64,000 bases of DNA, from NCBI GenBank assembly GCA_022844165.1, contig JALHMH010000001.1:128001-192000 (forward strand), given 5' to 3'. The position numbers and the translations under genes were made by a program. This document shows positions 29,175 to 38,492 of this stretch, in pieces. The notes below the pieces were generated by a model, which did not search any database, was not told the DNA's origin, and was given only the letters and a program-made list of their open reading frames with translations. The stretch is from Lysobacterales bacterium (GTDB taxonomy: Bacteria; Pseudomonadota; Gammaproteobacteria; Xanthomonadales; SZUA-5). Each line of letters opens with the position of its first letter. Position 1 is the first letter of the stretch.

Positions 29175-30373
29175 GCGCGCGCACCGAACACGTACCACGC
29201 CGCGGCGCGACCGTAGTCCTCCTGGCGCTTCGCCAGTGCTGCTGCCTGCGGGAACACGGCGGCATCGACCACCGCACGCACGCCGGTTTCGAAGGTGTGT
29301 TCGCGTTGGAATCCGGCGTCGACAGCCAGCTGCGTCAGGTCCATGTCGTGCATCGTGGTCCAGAAAGGTTCGTTGTTGTTGTAGGCATCCCAGTCGCGAA
29401 CGAACTGCTCGTAGACATCCATATTCTGGTACTGAGGCTGCTCGACGTGCAGCGAAATACCGCCCGCTGCGAGCAATCGTCGGGTTTCGGCAAATACGCG
29501 TCGGATGGCGGTGTACGACGTCTCGTGCAAGAACATGCAAGTCGTGATCAGGTCGAAGCTGGCGTCTGGCTCCGGCACCGCCTCGGCGTCCGCTTGCACA
29601 AATCGCACGTTCCTGACGCCCAGCGAGCGCGCTCGCGCATGGCCGTAACGCAACATCGGTGCAGCAGCGTCCAGCGCCACGACCTGCGCTTCAGGAAACG
29701 CCTGTGCGAGTGGCAGGGTGTTGTGGCCAAGGCCGCAGCCCAGATCCAGAATGCGTTTGGGTTTGAAATCCGGATGCTCGCGCTTCAACCACTCCGCAAC
29801 CGCCGTGCCACCACCGTCGCTGTAGCGGCCAAGCGCGCCGCCGGTGGTGGCGAAGATGCCGACATCGTAATTCGCCGGTGCGGACACGTCGTCTGCCGCC
29901 AGTTCTCCGACGTAACCGCCCGGCATGCAGTGGTGATCGACGCCGGTCAGGTAGCGCGGCGGTTTGAAGCCGGGCGTCAGTTCCAGGCCTGGCTCCGCGG
30001 CAGCGGACCGGGCGATATCGTTGAGCCGATCGAGTTGCCGCAGCACCACTGAGCGGCCCGCCTGTTGGCGCTGCTCCATGGTGGCGCGGCGCATCGCGCT
30101 CCAAGTCTGATAGGCCGGCTCCTCGCTCATGAGTTCGCGCACTTCGCTGCGGTGTTCCGGCGCCCGCCCATGTTGTGCCTGAAAGCGCGGCAGTGCCCTT
30201 TTGTCGTACGCGCGTTTGACGCGTGGCAAAAACTCCGCACTCAGATACTGATTCATATTCGCCAGGAAGTTAAAGCGGGCAGCCTCATCGTGCCGGGTCT
30301 GCGGCATGACGGCATGTTTACCCACCGCCTGGTATGGCGGCGGACCCTGTGGGGCTGGGGCGGATGTATGCAC
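29171..30373 (-). CDS. Class I SAM-dependent methyltransferase
   Basis: ILDLGCGLG, VDHHCMPGGY, MFLHE, NNEPFW; GTG start after GGAG. Confidence 0.88.
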   Translation of the reverse strand: MHTSAPAPQGPPPYQAVGKHAVMPQTRHDEAARFNFLANMNQYLSAEFLPRVKRAYDKRALPRFQAQHGRAPEHRSEVRELMSEEPAYQTWSAMRRATMEQRQQAGRSVVLRQLDRLNDIARSAAAEPGLELTPGFKPPRYLTGVDHHCMPGGYVGELAADDVSAPANYDVGIFATTGGALGRYSDGGGTAVAEWLKREHPDFKPKRILDLGCGLGHNTLPLAQAFPEAQVVALDAAAPMLRYGHARARSLGVRNVRFVQADAEAVPEPDASFDLITTCMFLHETSYTAIRRVFAETRRLLAAGGISLHVEQPQYQNMDVYEQFVRDWDAYNNNEPFWTTMHDMDLTQLAVDAGFQREHTFETGVRAVVDAAVFPQAAALAKRQEDYGRAAAWYVFGARA

Positions 30374-30455
30374 GGCAGGCTCCAATGCGAAATTTGTCCG
30401 GACAAATAATAGGCCATGGACTGCGATGTGGCGAGTTTCCGTCTGCTCGGAAAGC

Positions 30456-31364
30456 TCAGGCGTCGATCCGTGTGTCTTCCGGGCGAACCAGGAATGCACG
30501 CGAGCCCGGCCAATAAAACCACTGCTCCGGCTGCTCACGGAGTGCGCTCAGGAACTGCGCATTCAAGTGATCGGTCAACTGTCGCAAATCGAGGCCACCG
30601 GGAAGCGTAACCAGATCGAGCCGACGCCGACCAGTGTTCCAGTCGATGGCCACGGTAAAGCCAGCCACAGGCGCATCGAGACTCTGCGCGAGTTTCAGAA
30701 TGCCAGACCGCCAATAGGCGACCCGCTCGCCAGGAAATCGAATCTCGACCAGGCCACGGCCGGCGCGCGGCGGCGAATCCGCGGCGACGATGATCGTACG
30801 GCCGGCGGCGATTGCATTGAGAATTTGAGCGCGCGCCCCGCCGGTAGCGATGCCGGTATTGCCAGTCACTTTCGCCACCGCGTAGAGCCGCAGGAGCAGG
30901 TACCAATACCGGGCAAAGCCGCAGCCGATGGGGCGCTTCTCCAGCCATTGGTGCACAAACTGCGGGCTCAGGCCCTGGGTGCGCGCGTAGGCCAGGGCGG
31001 GCAAACCCTGGTTGAAGTAAAAGAAGAACCACAAACCGCCGCGGGTGTCATCGATTGGCGCCGCTTCGATGGTTTCGGCCAACGCCCGCCAGCCGCGACC
31101 GCAGGCACGGAACGTGTCGCCGGCCTCCATCAGGAACGCGAACCGGAAGTTGCGCCAGAATCGATAGTCGAACTCGAAGCCCAGGTGGTCACTGTTACGC
31201 GTGCTGGCGACTTCCTCGCGCGCGACCCAACGGCTCGTCGACCACCATCGAAACCAGCGCAGGCACCAAGGCCAGGGCAGAGCGATCGCGACGCCAGGGA
31301 GCAGCCACAGTGAAAACAGGTCGCGTGTTTCGCGCTTAGCGACGCGCCAAAGGCGAGACAACAT
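30456..31364 (-). CDS. LpxL/lipid A-type acyltransferase-like protein (divergent)
   Basis: IIVAAD, G..KLA...DAPV, PEQWFYW. Start set to MLSRLWR; the longer ORF overlaps an opposite-strand gene. Confidence 0.6.
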   Translation of the reverse strand: MLSRLWRVAKRETRDLFSLWLLPGVAIALPWPWCLRWFRWWSTSRWVAREEVASTRNSDHLGFEFDYRFWRNFRFAFLMEAGDTFRACGRGWRALAETIEAAPIDDTRGGLWFFFYFNQGLPALAYARTQGLSPQFVHQWLEKRPIGCGFARYWYLLLRLYAVAKVTGNTGIATGGARAQILNAIAAGRTIIVAADSPPRAGRGLVEIRFPGERVAYWRSGILKLAQSLDAPVAGFTVAIDWNTGRRRLDLVTLPGGLDLRQLTDHLNAQFLSALREQPEQWFYWPGSRAFLVRPEDTRIDA

Positions 31365-31508
31365 GGAGACTCGATTCGGTCCAGGACGTTCCCATAGTAG
31401 CGACCAGCATCGATAAGTTCCAAGTTTGCCTAAGGCGTATGGACAGCCAATCGGTAAAAGGTTGTTGTAGTCTTCGCCTCTGGGTATCGCCAAACACGGG
31501 AATTCGCC

Positions 31509-32078
31509 ATGCGCGTAGTGATCGATCTGTCGGAAAACGACTTGGACCATTTTCGTTCGGCCATGCGCCGAGCGAAAGAGCTGACCAACCACCTGACCCC
31601 CGCGCAGATCACTGGCGCCGCAGAAAAATTGCTTGTGGATTCGCAGGGATTGCAGATGCCGGATTTTGTATCGTCGCGAATGGCCCGTCTGGGTACGCTG
31701 ATCGCGATGGTACACGACACGGCATGGGGCATTACGGATGCCGAACGTGGCGAGATTTTGTCGGCCCTCACGTACTTTTCCGATCCCAATGACGCGATTC
31801 CGGACACCATTCCAGTACTCGGCTTTCTCGATGACGCCATCATGATCGAGCTGGTGGTCGAAGAACTGAAACACGAGATCGATGCCTACGACGATTTCTG
31901 TGCGTTCCGCTCGCAGGCAGCCACCGAACATGGCGCCGAAGAAGCGAGCGGTCTGGTCCGAAGCGACTGGCTTGAGCAGCGTCAGAACGAGTTGCTGGAT
32001 CGAATGCGCACGCGTCGTTCGCGCGATAACGCCTCTTACGGCGGTCGTGGTGGTTTTTCGTTGTTTTCGATCCGATAG
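31509..32078 (+). CDS. YkvA family (DUF1232) protein
   Basis: ALTYFSDPNDAIPDTIPVLGFLDDA. Confidence 0.9.
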   Translation: MRVVIDLSENDLDHFRSAMRRAKELTNHLTPAQITGAAEKLLVDSQGLQMPDFVSSRMARLGTLIAMVHDTAWGITDAERGEILSALTYFSDPNDAIPDTIPVLGFLDDAIMIELVVEELKHEIDAYDDFCAFRSQAATEHGAEEASGLVRSDWLEQRQNELLDRMRTRRSRDNASYGGRGGFSLFSIR

Positions 32079-32094
32079 TCGACCGCCATCGTGC

Positions 32095-32126
32095 CAACGG
32101 CGCCGGGATGGCGCCGTTGTCGTTTT
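32095..32126 (+). terminator. Rho-independent terminator
   Basis: CAACGGCGCC-GGGAT-GGCGCCGTTG followed by TCGTTTT. Confidence 0.7.
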
Positions 32127-33508
32127 CAGTCCCCACCGCCGCAGCCGCCGCAACCTCCACCGCCGCCGCCATCCCCATCGCTTCCGCCGCCGTCTCCGCT
32201 CGAACCCGGTGGGTGACGGGCCTTGTGGTAGTCGGCGAACGCCGTGGTGCTCATGACAGCAGTGCCGGCGATCGCCACCGCGAGCGCGAGTTCGTGAGCG
32301 CGCGGCGCGCCAACGAGCCGCGCATTCGCCAGTTTTGCCTTTGCAACCGCAGCACTGCCTTCGAGCGTCTGTCGTGGGCGCTTGAACAGCATCACCAAAG
32401 CGATGACACCTAAAACGATGCTGATTATCACCAGAAATCCAATCGGCTTGTCGCGCGCTGTGCCGATCACCATTTTGGCGATTCCAAAGAGCACGACCGC
32501 GACGATCGGCAGCACCGGCAGCGCACGTGCGCGCCAGTCGGCGCTTGCATCGAGCAACAGCCGGCGTTGCGTCAAGCGCTGTTCGATGTTGGTCAATCGT
32601 GGCGCCATCCGTCGCAGCAGCGCATCGGGCTTACCGTCGCTGGCGACACATCGCACGATGGAACGCTCCGGCTCTTGTTCGACCGTTGAGTGCGTTCCCT
32701 TGAGTGAGCTGCTGGTCACGTCGAACTCGAGTTTCTTGTCGACCAGCATTTGTGCGACCACAGCATCGGTGCAGCGGTCAGCGCCAGCAACCAGATAGGC
32801 AAGTTCGGGCGTGCTGAGGTGATGCGTATCGGCGGCGCCCTGGTCGCGCATCTTGTGGCGCAGCGTGAATCCGACAATCAGCGCGAGCACGCTGAGCCAG
32901 CCATACAGCGTCAGAAACGGACCAGCGGTCCAGTTCAGCGGGTTGATCGATTCCGCTTGCGCACCAGCGGCCAAAACGAACCCGGCCGCCACCAGCGTTG
33001 AAGTGACGATTGCGCGCCGGGAAGGCCGCGCGATGACAAAGGTACGGCGGGTATCCACGCGACGCCAGCGTGCGGCGCTGGCGAACCGTTTGCGCGCATC
33101 CGGCCAGAGATCCGTGGGCGGGGATCCGAAGTGCCGCTCATAGAGCGCGAGCGTGTTGGCGTACTGCTCGTGAAAACGCGCTTGTTCAGCGCGACCGCCG
33201 CGCGTCGGCCCGTGGTGCAGGGGACGACGCAGTACCGTTGGGCAGTACACTTTCCAATAGTCCCAGGTGTACAAAAGGTGCAGATGCCAGACTTCATCGA
33301 CCGCTTCGCTGGGTGTGATCGGGTCGTCGCTGAGGACGCACAGGAAACAAAAGCGCCGATACTCGTCGATCGCGCGCAATGCGAAATCGCGTGTCCAGGC
33401 TTGATCGCGCATCAGGCGCGCGGTGAAGTCGAGGGTATCGTCACTTTGGAACGGATGTGCCAGCAGCCGTTGCCAGAGCGCGTGCTGTTCGCTGAATGTG
33501 CTGTCCAC
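32126..33508 (-). CDS. Glycine-rich-domain (GRDP-like) N-terminus fused to a TIGR04222 membrane domain
   Basis: EYRRFCFL...PSEAVDEVWHLHLLYT...LHHGP; GPFLTLY, ELAYL, GTARDKPIGFL, C-terminal GGGCGGCGGGD. Confidence 0.8.
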   Translation of the reverse strand: MDSTFSEQHALWQRLLAHPFQSDDTLDFTARLMRDQAWTRDFALRAIDEYRRFCFLCVLSDDPITPSEAVDEVWHLHLLYTWDYWKVYCPTVLRRPLHHGPTRGGRAEQARFHEQYANTLALYERHFGSPPTDLWPDARKRFASAARWRRVDTRRTFVIARPSRRAIVTSTLVAAGFVLAAGAQAESINPLNWTAGPFLTLYGWLSVLALIVGFTLRHKMRDQGAADTHHLSTPELAYLVAGADRCTDAVVAQMLVDKKLEFDVTSSSLKGTHSTVEQEPERSIVRCVASDGKPDALLRRMAPRLTNIEQRLTQRRLLLDASADWRARALPVLPIVAVVLFGIAKMVIGTARDKPIGFLVIISIVLGVIALVMLFKRPRQTLEGSAAVAKAKLANARLVGAPRAHELALAVAIAGTAVMSTTAFADYHKARHPPGSSGDGGGSDGDGGGGGGCGGCGGGD

Positions 33509-33587
33509 GGTGCTTTACCTTTTGCCCCTTGTGCCGCCATTGTAAGCGCTCGGTTCGACAGTACCGTTAAACCCAAATGGGGGAGAA

Positions 33588-34940
33588 ATGAACCTGGATT
33601 CCGTTGTTGGACCCGTCCTGAGGCACCGCTGGGCGGCCACCTGGTTTGGCGCAAAATCGCACAGGCGGGTCCATGCCTGCTGGATGGTTCTGTTCGGGCA
33701 TTGTGCGGTCGCTGCGCCCGAGTTCATGGTTGGCGAGTGGTGTGCAGGCAATGTTGAAGAGCGTTGGACACAGCCGGCGCACGGGTTGATGCTGGGCCAG
33801 TCGCGAACCATGAACGGCCGGAGCTTTGAGTTCTTGCGCATCATCAATCGCGATAGCGACTTACGTTATCTGGCTCAACCCGGTGGCCGTGCGCCGACCG
33901 AATTTATTGCGTCCGAGATCAGCGCTGAATCGGTGGTATTCGAAAATCCAAGCCACGACTGGCCCAAGCGTATCGAGTATCGCCGCACTGATAGCGGAAT
34001 GACGGCTACTGTGTCGGCGGGCGAGAACGATCCGCAAACCCAGATCCTGAACTTCAGCCCAGGGCGCTGCCAACCCGAGCGTATCGATACGGCGCCAGCG
34101 CTCAAGACCATGGCCGACGTGCTGCAAGCCAGTGGCAAAGAGCACTGGCGCGCGCCTGCACTGGAAAATACGCTGTACCTGGATCTGCCGAGCGGCACTG
34201 TCGTGATCGAATTGGCGCCAAGTTTCGCCCCGCAACATGTGGCGAACATCAAGGCCCTGGTTCGCGAAGATTATTTCGATGGATTGTCTATATTGCGAGT
34301 ACAGGACAACTTCGTTGCTCAATGGGGCGATCCAGACGCCGCCGACGAAAAGAAGCGGCGCCCTATCCAGGCGGCCAAGCGCAGTTTGCCACCGGAGTTT
34401 ACGCGGGCGAGTAGCGCAGAGTTGCCATTTCATGTGTTGCCCGATGGCGACGCATTCGCGCCTGAGGTTGGTTTCAGCGAAGGGTTTCCGGCCGCGCGAG
34501 GCGGCGGACGCACGTGGCTGGCGCACTGTTATGGCGCCGTTGGAGCGGGCCGTGACAACGGCGTCGACACCGGCGGCGGCACTGAGTTGTACGCGGTGAT
34601 CGGCCATGCGCCAAGGCAGTTGGAACGCAACATCACAACCGTCGGGCGCGTGATCTTCGGCATCGAGCACCTCTCATCGTTGCCGCGAGGCCCGGCGCCG
34701 ATGGGTTTTTACGATCAGCCAACGCAGCGTGTGCCGATCCGATCGGTGCGAATTGCGGCGGACGTGCCAGCGCCAGATCGCCTCGCGCTTGAAGTCTTCC
34801 GCACCGATACGCCTTTGTTCGATGCACTGATCGAAGCACGCCGCAATCGGCGCGACGATTGGTACAAGGAGCCGGCGGGAACCATCGACTTATGCAACGT
34901 TCCCATTCCGGTCAGACGGGTGGACAAGACAACACCATGA
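33588..34940 (+). CDS. DUF6265-like domain fused to a cyclophilin-type peptidyl-prolyl isomerase
   Basis: [26 protein letters not shown]; then [34 protein letters not shown]. Start position uncertain. Confidence 0.8.
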   Translation: MNLDSVVGPVLRHRWAATWFGAKSHRRVHACWMVLFGHCAVAAPEFMVGEWCAGNVEERWTQPAHGLMLGQSRTMNGRSFEFLRIINRDSDLRYLAQPGGRAPTEFIASEISAESVVFENPSHDWPKRIEYRRTDSGMTATVSAGENDPQTQILNFSPGRCQPERIDTAPALKTMADVLQASGKEHWRAPALENTLYLDLPSGTVVIELAPSFAPQHVANIKALVREDYFDGLSILRVQDNFVAQWGDPDAADEKKRRPIQAAKRSLPPEFTRASSAELPFHVLPDGDAFAPEVGFSEGFPAARGGGRTWLAHCYGAVGAGRDNGVDTGGGTELYAVIGHAPRQLERNITTVGRVIFGIEHLSSLPRGPAPMGFYDQPTQRVPIRSVRIAADVPAPDRLALEVFRTDTPLFDALIEARRNRRDDWYKEPAGTIDLCNVPIPVRRVDKTTP

Positions 34941-35488
34941 TCAAAATCAACTTCGGCTCGGGCCACTTCCCGCTGCAGGGCTGGGTCAACGTCGATAGCG
35001 ATCCAGGTTGCAATCCGGACGTGGTAGCCGACCTGGGAAAACCCTTGCCGTTCGATGCAGGCTGCGCGAGCCATTTGCATAGCGAGGATTTCTTCGACCA
35101 GTTGCCGCTCGAGCTGGCCTGCGCTTTTTTGCGCGATTGCCATCGACTGCTGGCGCCCGGCGGTGTCATGCGCCTGTTGACACCGGATCTGGCACAGCTG
35201 GCTGGCATGTACGTTGCCCGCGATCCCCGTTTGTTGCAGCTTTGGCAGGACAACGTGCCTGTTCCGCTGAAGACAGGACGTCATTGCGAGGTACTCAATC
35301 TTGGAATGCGGCTGGGTGGCCACACTTTTCTGTACGATGCCGAGACGCTTAAGCACGTGCTCGCCGAGTGTGGTTTTGAGGGCCGCGAGGTGAGCTACAA
35401 CCACAGTGCCGAACCGGAACTACGCGGTATTGATTTGCGCTCGCCGGACAATGCGATCAGCCTGTACTTCGATTGTTATCGGATCTGA
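34937..35488 (+). CDS. SAM-dependent methyltransferase-like protein
   Basis: KINFGSG...GWVNVD, RLLAPGG.MRL.TPD; ATGA overlap with the upstream gene. Confidence 0.8.
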   Translation: MIKINFGSGHFPLQGWVNVDSDPGCNPDVVADLGKPLPFDAGCASHLHSEDFFDQLPLELACAFLRDCHRLLAPGGVMRLLTPDLAQLAGMYVARDPRLLQLWQDNVPVPLKTGRHCEVLNLGMRLGGHTFLYDAETLKHVLAECGFEGREVSYNHSAEPELRGIDLRSPDNAISLYFDCYRI

Positions 35489-35658
35489 TGGCAATAAATG
35501 ACGGCGAAAGTCGGTTTGGACAGGGCGAAATGACCGATGGCAGTTGCCCAAAGTGCGCAGAATCTGATGAAGTCTGGTTTGTGCGGGAACCAGTGCCCCG
35601 CAAGCGCGTCATAAACTCTGCCGGCGATTCCGGCAGCGATTGAAAAAAGAGGAATTCG

Positions 35659-37788
35659 ATGAACAAGACGTCTTTGCTGGCCTTTGCGATTGCGTTGACT
35701 CTCGGTTCGGCGGTGGACGCCAAACCTAAGACGGTCGATTTGGCGGAGCTTAAGTTCACGACCGAACAAACCGAGGCCGCCAGCTGGGTGGCCCGGTTCC
35801 TGACGCGTCTGCATTACGCCAGCAAGCCGCTGGATGACGCGATGTCGCAGGAGATGCTCAAGCGCTATATCGAAGCGCTCGACAGCGAGAAGGTGTTTTT
35901 CCTCGCCAGCGACATTCAGGAATTCGAGGTGGCGTACGCCAAAACGCTGGACGACGCGATCGCCCGCGAGCAACTCGATGCTCCGTTCGTGATTTATCGG
36001 CGCTACGTGCAGCGGCTCAACGAGCGCACAGACTATGCCCGCGGATTGCTCGAAAAAGGCTTCGATTTCGATGTCGACGAAAACTACGCATACGATCGCG
36101 AAGGTGCGCCATGGGCCTCATCCGTTGCTGAGTTGAACGAGCACTGGCGGTTGCGCGTCAAGAATGACTGGCTGCGTTTGAAATTGGCCAAGCGGGATGG
36201 TGCGAAAATTGCTGAAACGCTCGACAAGCGCTACGCCGATTTCAACGTACGCGTTGGCCAACTGGATGGCGAAGATATTTTTCAGACCTTCTTGAATGCG
36301 TATGCGATGGCGATTGAGCCGCATACCAACTACCTGGGTCCGCGCGCCAGCGAGAACTTCGCCATTTCGATGCGCCTGAGTCTCGAAGGGATCGGAGCCG
36401 TGCTGCAGCGCGATGGCGAGTACGTCGTGGTGCGATCGGTCGTCGAAGGTGGTCCTGCCTCGAGAGACGGTCGTATCAAACCGGGCGATCGGATTCTGGC
36501 CGTGGGTCAGGCCCGGGATACGCAGCTGACGGACGTCGTTGGCTGGCGGCTCGAGGACGTGGTGGAGTTGATTCGTGGCAAGAAGGACACGCGGGTCAAG
36601 CTCGATGTTTTGCCCAAAGAGCTTTCGATCGGCGGTCAGTCGCAGCTTGTGGAGCTGACGCGAGACAAAGTCAAGCTTGAGGAGCAAGCAGCCCGCCAAC
36701 GCGTGATCGAAACCGACGGCGCGGTGAAAAAACGTATTGGTGTGATCGAGTTGCCGGCCTTTTACAGCGACTTCGCCGCGCAAGCGCGCGGCGAGGCCGA
36801 CTATCGCAGCTCGACTCGCGATGTGCGCAAACTGCTGAGCGAGCTGCAGGCCGAAAAAGTGGATGGTGTATTGATCGATTTGCGCAATAACGGTGGGGGT
36901 TCGCTGGAAGAAGCGGCGGATTTGACCGGGCTCTTTATCGACGAGGGTCCGGTGGTGCAGATCAGCGATGGTCGCGGTCGCGTTGCGGTCAAAGAGGATC
37001 CGAATCGAGGCGTGGTTTACACCGGCCCGCTCGCGGTGATGATCAATCGTGCGTCTGCATCGGCGTCCGAAATTTTTGCCGGTGCGATACAGGACTATGG
37101 GCGCGGCGTCATCATCGGCGAAACCACATTCGGCAAAGGCACGGTCCAGGAATTGAAGGACTTGGACTACATGGCCAACAAGGACGTACCAACCCTGGGT
37201 CAGCTCAAGCTCACGGTGGCGCAGTTCTTCCGCATCGACGGCGGCTCGACGCAACACAAAGGTGTTATTCCCGACATCAAGTATCCAGCCACACTGGAAG
37301 GCGTCGAATACGGCGAGTCGAGTTATGACAATGCGCTGCCCTGGACGCAGATCGCTGCCGCCGACTATTTGCCCGTCGGCGACTTTTCGCGGATGTTGCC
37401 CAAACTGGAGGCACGCCATACAGCGCGCATCAAGAGCGATCAGGAGTTCGTTTTCCTGGCGGAGGACATTGCGGAGGCCAAAGCCGTCCGGGAGCGCAAT
37501 CAGATCTCATTGAATTACGCCACGCGCGAAGCCGAACGGAAGGCTGACGAAGCGAAACTGCAAGCGCGCGCCAAGGCACGCGGAGAAACCGAAGATCAAC
37601 TGGCAGCCTTGGATGACGGCCTGAATGCGAACGAACGTGGCGTCGATCTTGAGGACGAAGAGAAGGACGAAAAACCCGATCCGTTTTTGGTTGAAGGCGC
37701 CCGAATCCTTGCTGACGCGATCGCGCTGTTAAAGGCGGACCCGCAAATCGCCGCCGTGCGCGACGTGGTGCGTAAACCGGGCAGCTGA
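35659..37788 (+). CDS. prc: Tail-specific carboxy-terminal processing protease
   Basis: EPHTNY, LSLEGIGAVL, DLRNNGGGSL, SASASEIFAGAIQDYGR, GKGTVQ. Confidence 0.93.
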   Translation: MNKTSLLAFAIALTLGSAVDAKPKTVDLAELKFTTEQTEAASWVARFLTRLHYASKPLDDAMSQEMLKRYIEALDSEKVFFLASDIQEFEVAYAKTLDDAIAREQLDAPFVIYRRYVQRLNERTDYARGLLEKGFDFDVDENYAYDREGAPWASSVAELNEHWRLRVKNDWLRLKLAKRDGAKIAETLDKRYADFNVRVGQLDGEDIFQTFLNAYAMAIEPHTNYLGPRASENFAISMRLSLEGIGAVLQRDGEYVVVRSVVEGGPASRDGRIKPGDRILAVGQARDTQLTDVVGWRLEDVVELIRGKKDTRVKLDVLPKELSIGGQSQLVELTRDKVKLEEQAARQRVIETDGAVKKRIGVIELPAFYSDFAAQARGEADYRSSTRDVRKLLSELQAEKVDGVLIDLRNNGGGSLEEAADLTGLFIDEGPVVQISDGRGRVAVKEDPNRGVVYTGPLAVMINRASASASEIFAGAIQDYGRGVIIGETTFGKGTVQELKDLDYMANKDVPTLGQLKLTVAQFFRIDGGSTQHKGVIPDIKYPATLEGVEYGESSYDNALPWTQIAAADYLPVGDFSRMLPKLEARHTARIKSDQEFVFLAEDIAEAKAVRERNQISLNYATREAERKADEAKLQARAKARGETEDQLAALDDGLNANERGVDLEDEEKDEKPDPFLVEGARILADAIALLKADPQIAAVRDVVRKPGS

Positions 37789-37804
37789 TTGTGGCCATTG
37801 TTCG

Positions 37805-37825
37805 AGGCGGCGCGACCCGCCGCCT
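37805..37825. terminator. Hairpin between convergent prc and greA
   Basis: AGGCGGCG-CGACC-CGCCGCCT. Confidence 0.5.
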
Positions 37826-37843
37826 TGAGTCTTTCGTTGCTCG

Positions 37844-38323
37844 TCAGCTCTCGTAGCGGACTTCCACAATCTCGTAGCTCTTGCGCCCGCCGGGCGTTTC
37901 GATGTGCACGACATCGCCTTCGCTCTTGCCGATCAGTGCGCGCGCCACTGGAGAGCTGACGGAGATCATCCTTTGTTTGATGTCGGCCTCCAGATCGCCA
38001 ACGATCTGGTACGTTAAAGTCTCGTCGCTGTGGATGTCTTGTACATCGACGATTGCGCCAAAGACAATGCGCGAGCCCGGATTGAGCTTGCTTACATCAA
38101 TGATCTCGGCGTTCGCCAAAGTCGCTTCCAATTCGCCGATACGGCCTTCGGTAAAACCCTGTTGCTCGCGCGCGGCGTGGTACTCAGCGTTTTCGCGCAG
38201 ATCGCCGTGCGCACGCGCCTCGGCAATGGCTGCAATGATCTGAGGTCGCATGACCGATTTCAGATGTTCGAGTTCCGCACGCAATCGTTGCGCACCTTTG
38301 GGCGTCAATGGGGCTCGTTTCAT
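37844..38323 (-). CDS. greA: Transcription elongation factor GreA
   Basis: [32 protein letters not shown]. Confidence 0.96.
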   Translation of the reverse strand: MKRAPLTPKGAQRLRAELEHLKSVMRPQIIAAIAEARAHGDLRENAEYHAAREQQGFTEGRIGELEATLANAEIIDVSKLNPGSRIVFGAIVDVQDIHSDETLTYQIVGDLEADIKQRMISVSSPVARALIGKSEGDVVHIETPGGRKSYEIVEVRYES

Positions 38324-38492
38324 CGGTTTCCAACCAGTCGGACTGGCGCGCGAGTAAAGCGGATTTGCCGCGAAATGCAAGTTGAGCCGTTTCGCCGCGA
38401 AATTCCGCTTCTCAGCAGAGGCGTTTTAAGAGCCGGCATTGATCGCATTTCGCAACACTGCTATCACGCGCCTATCACAGGAGGAGTCCCCG

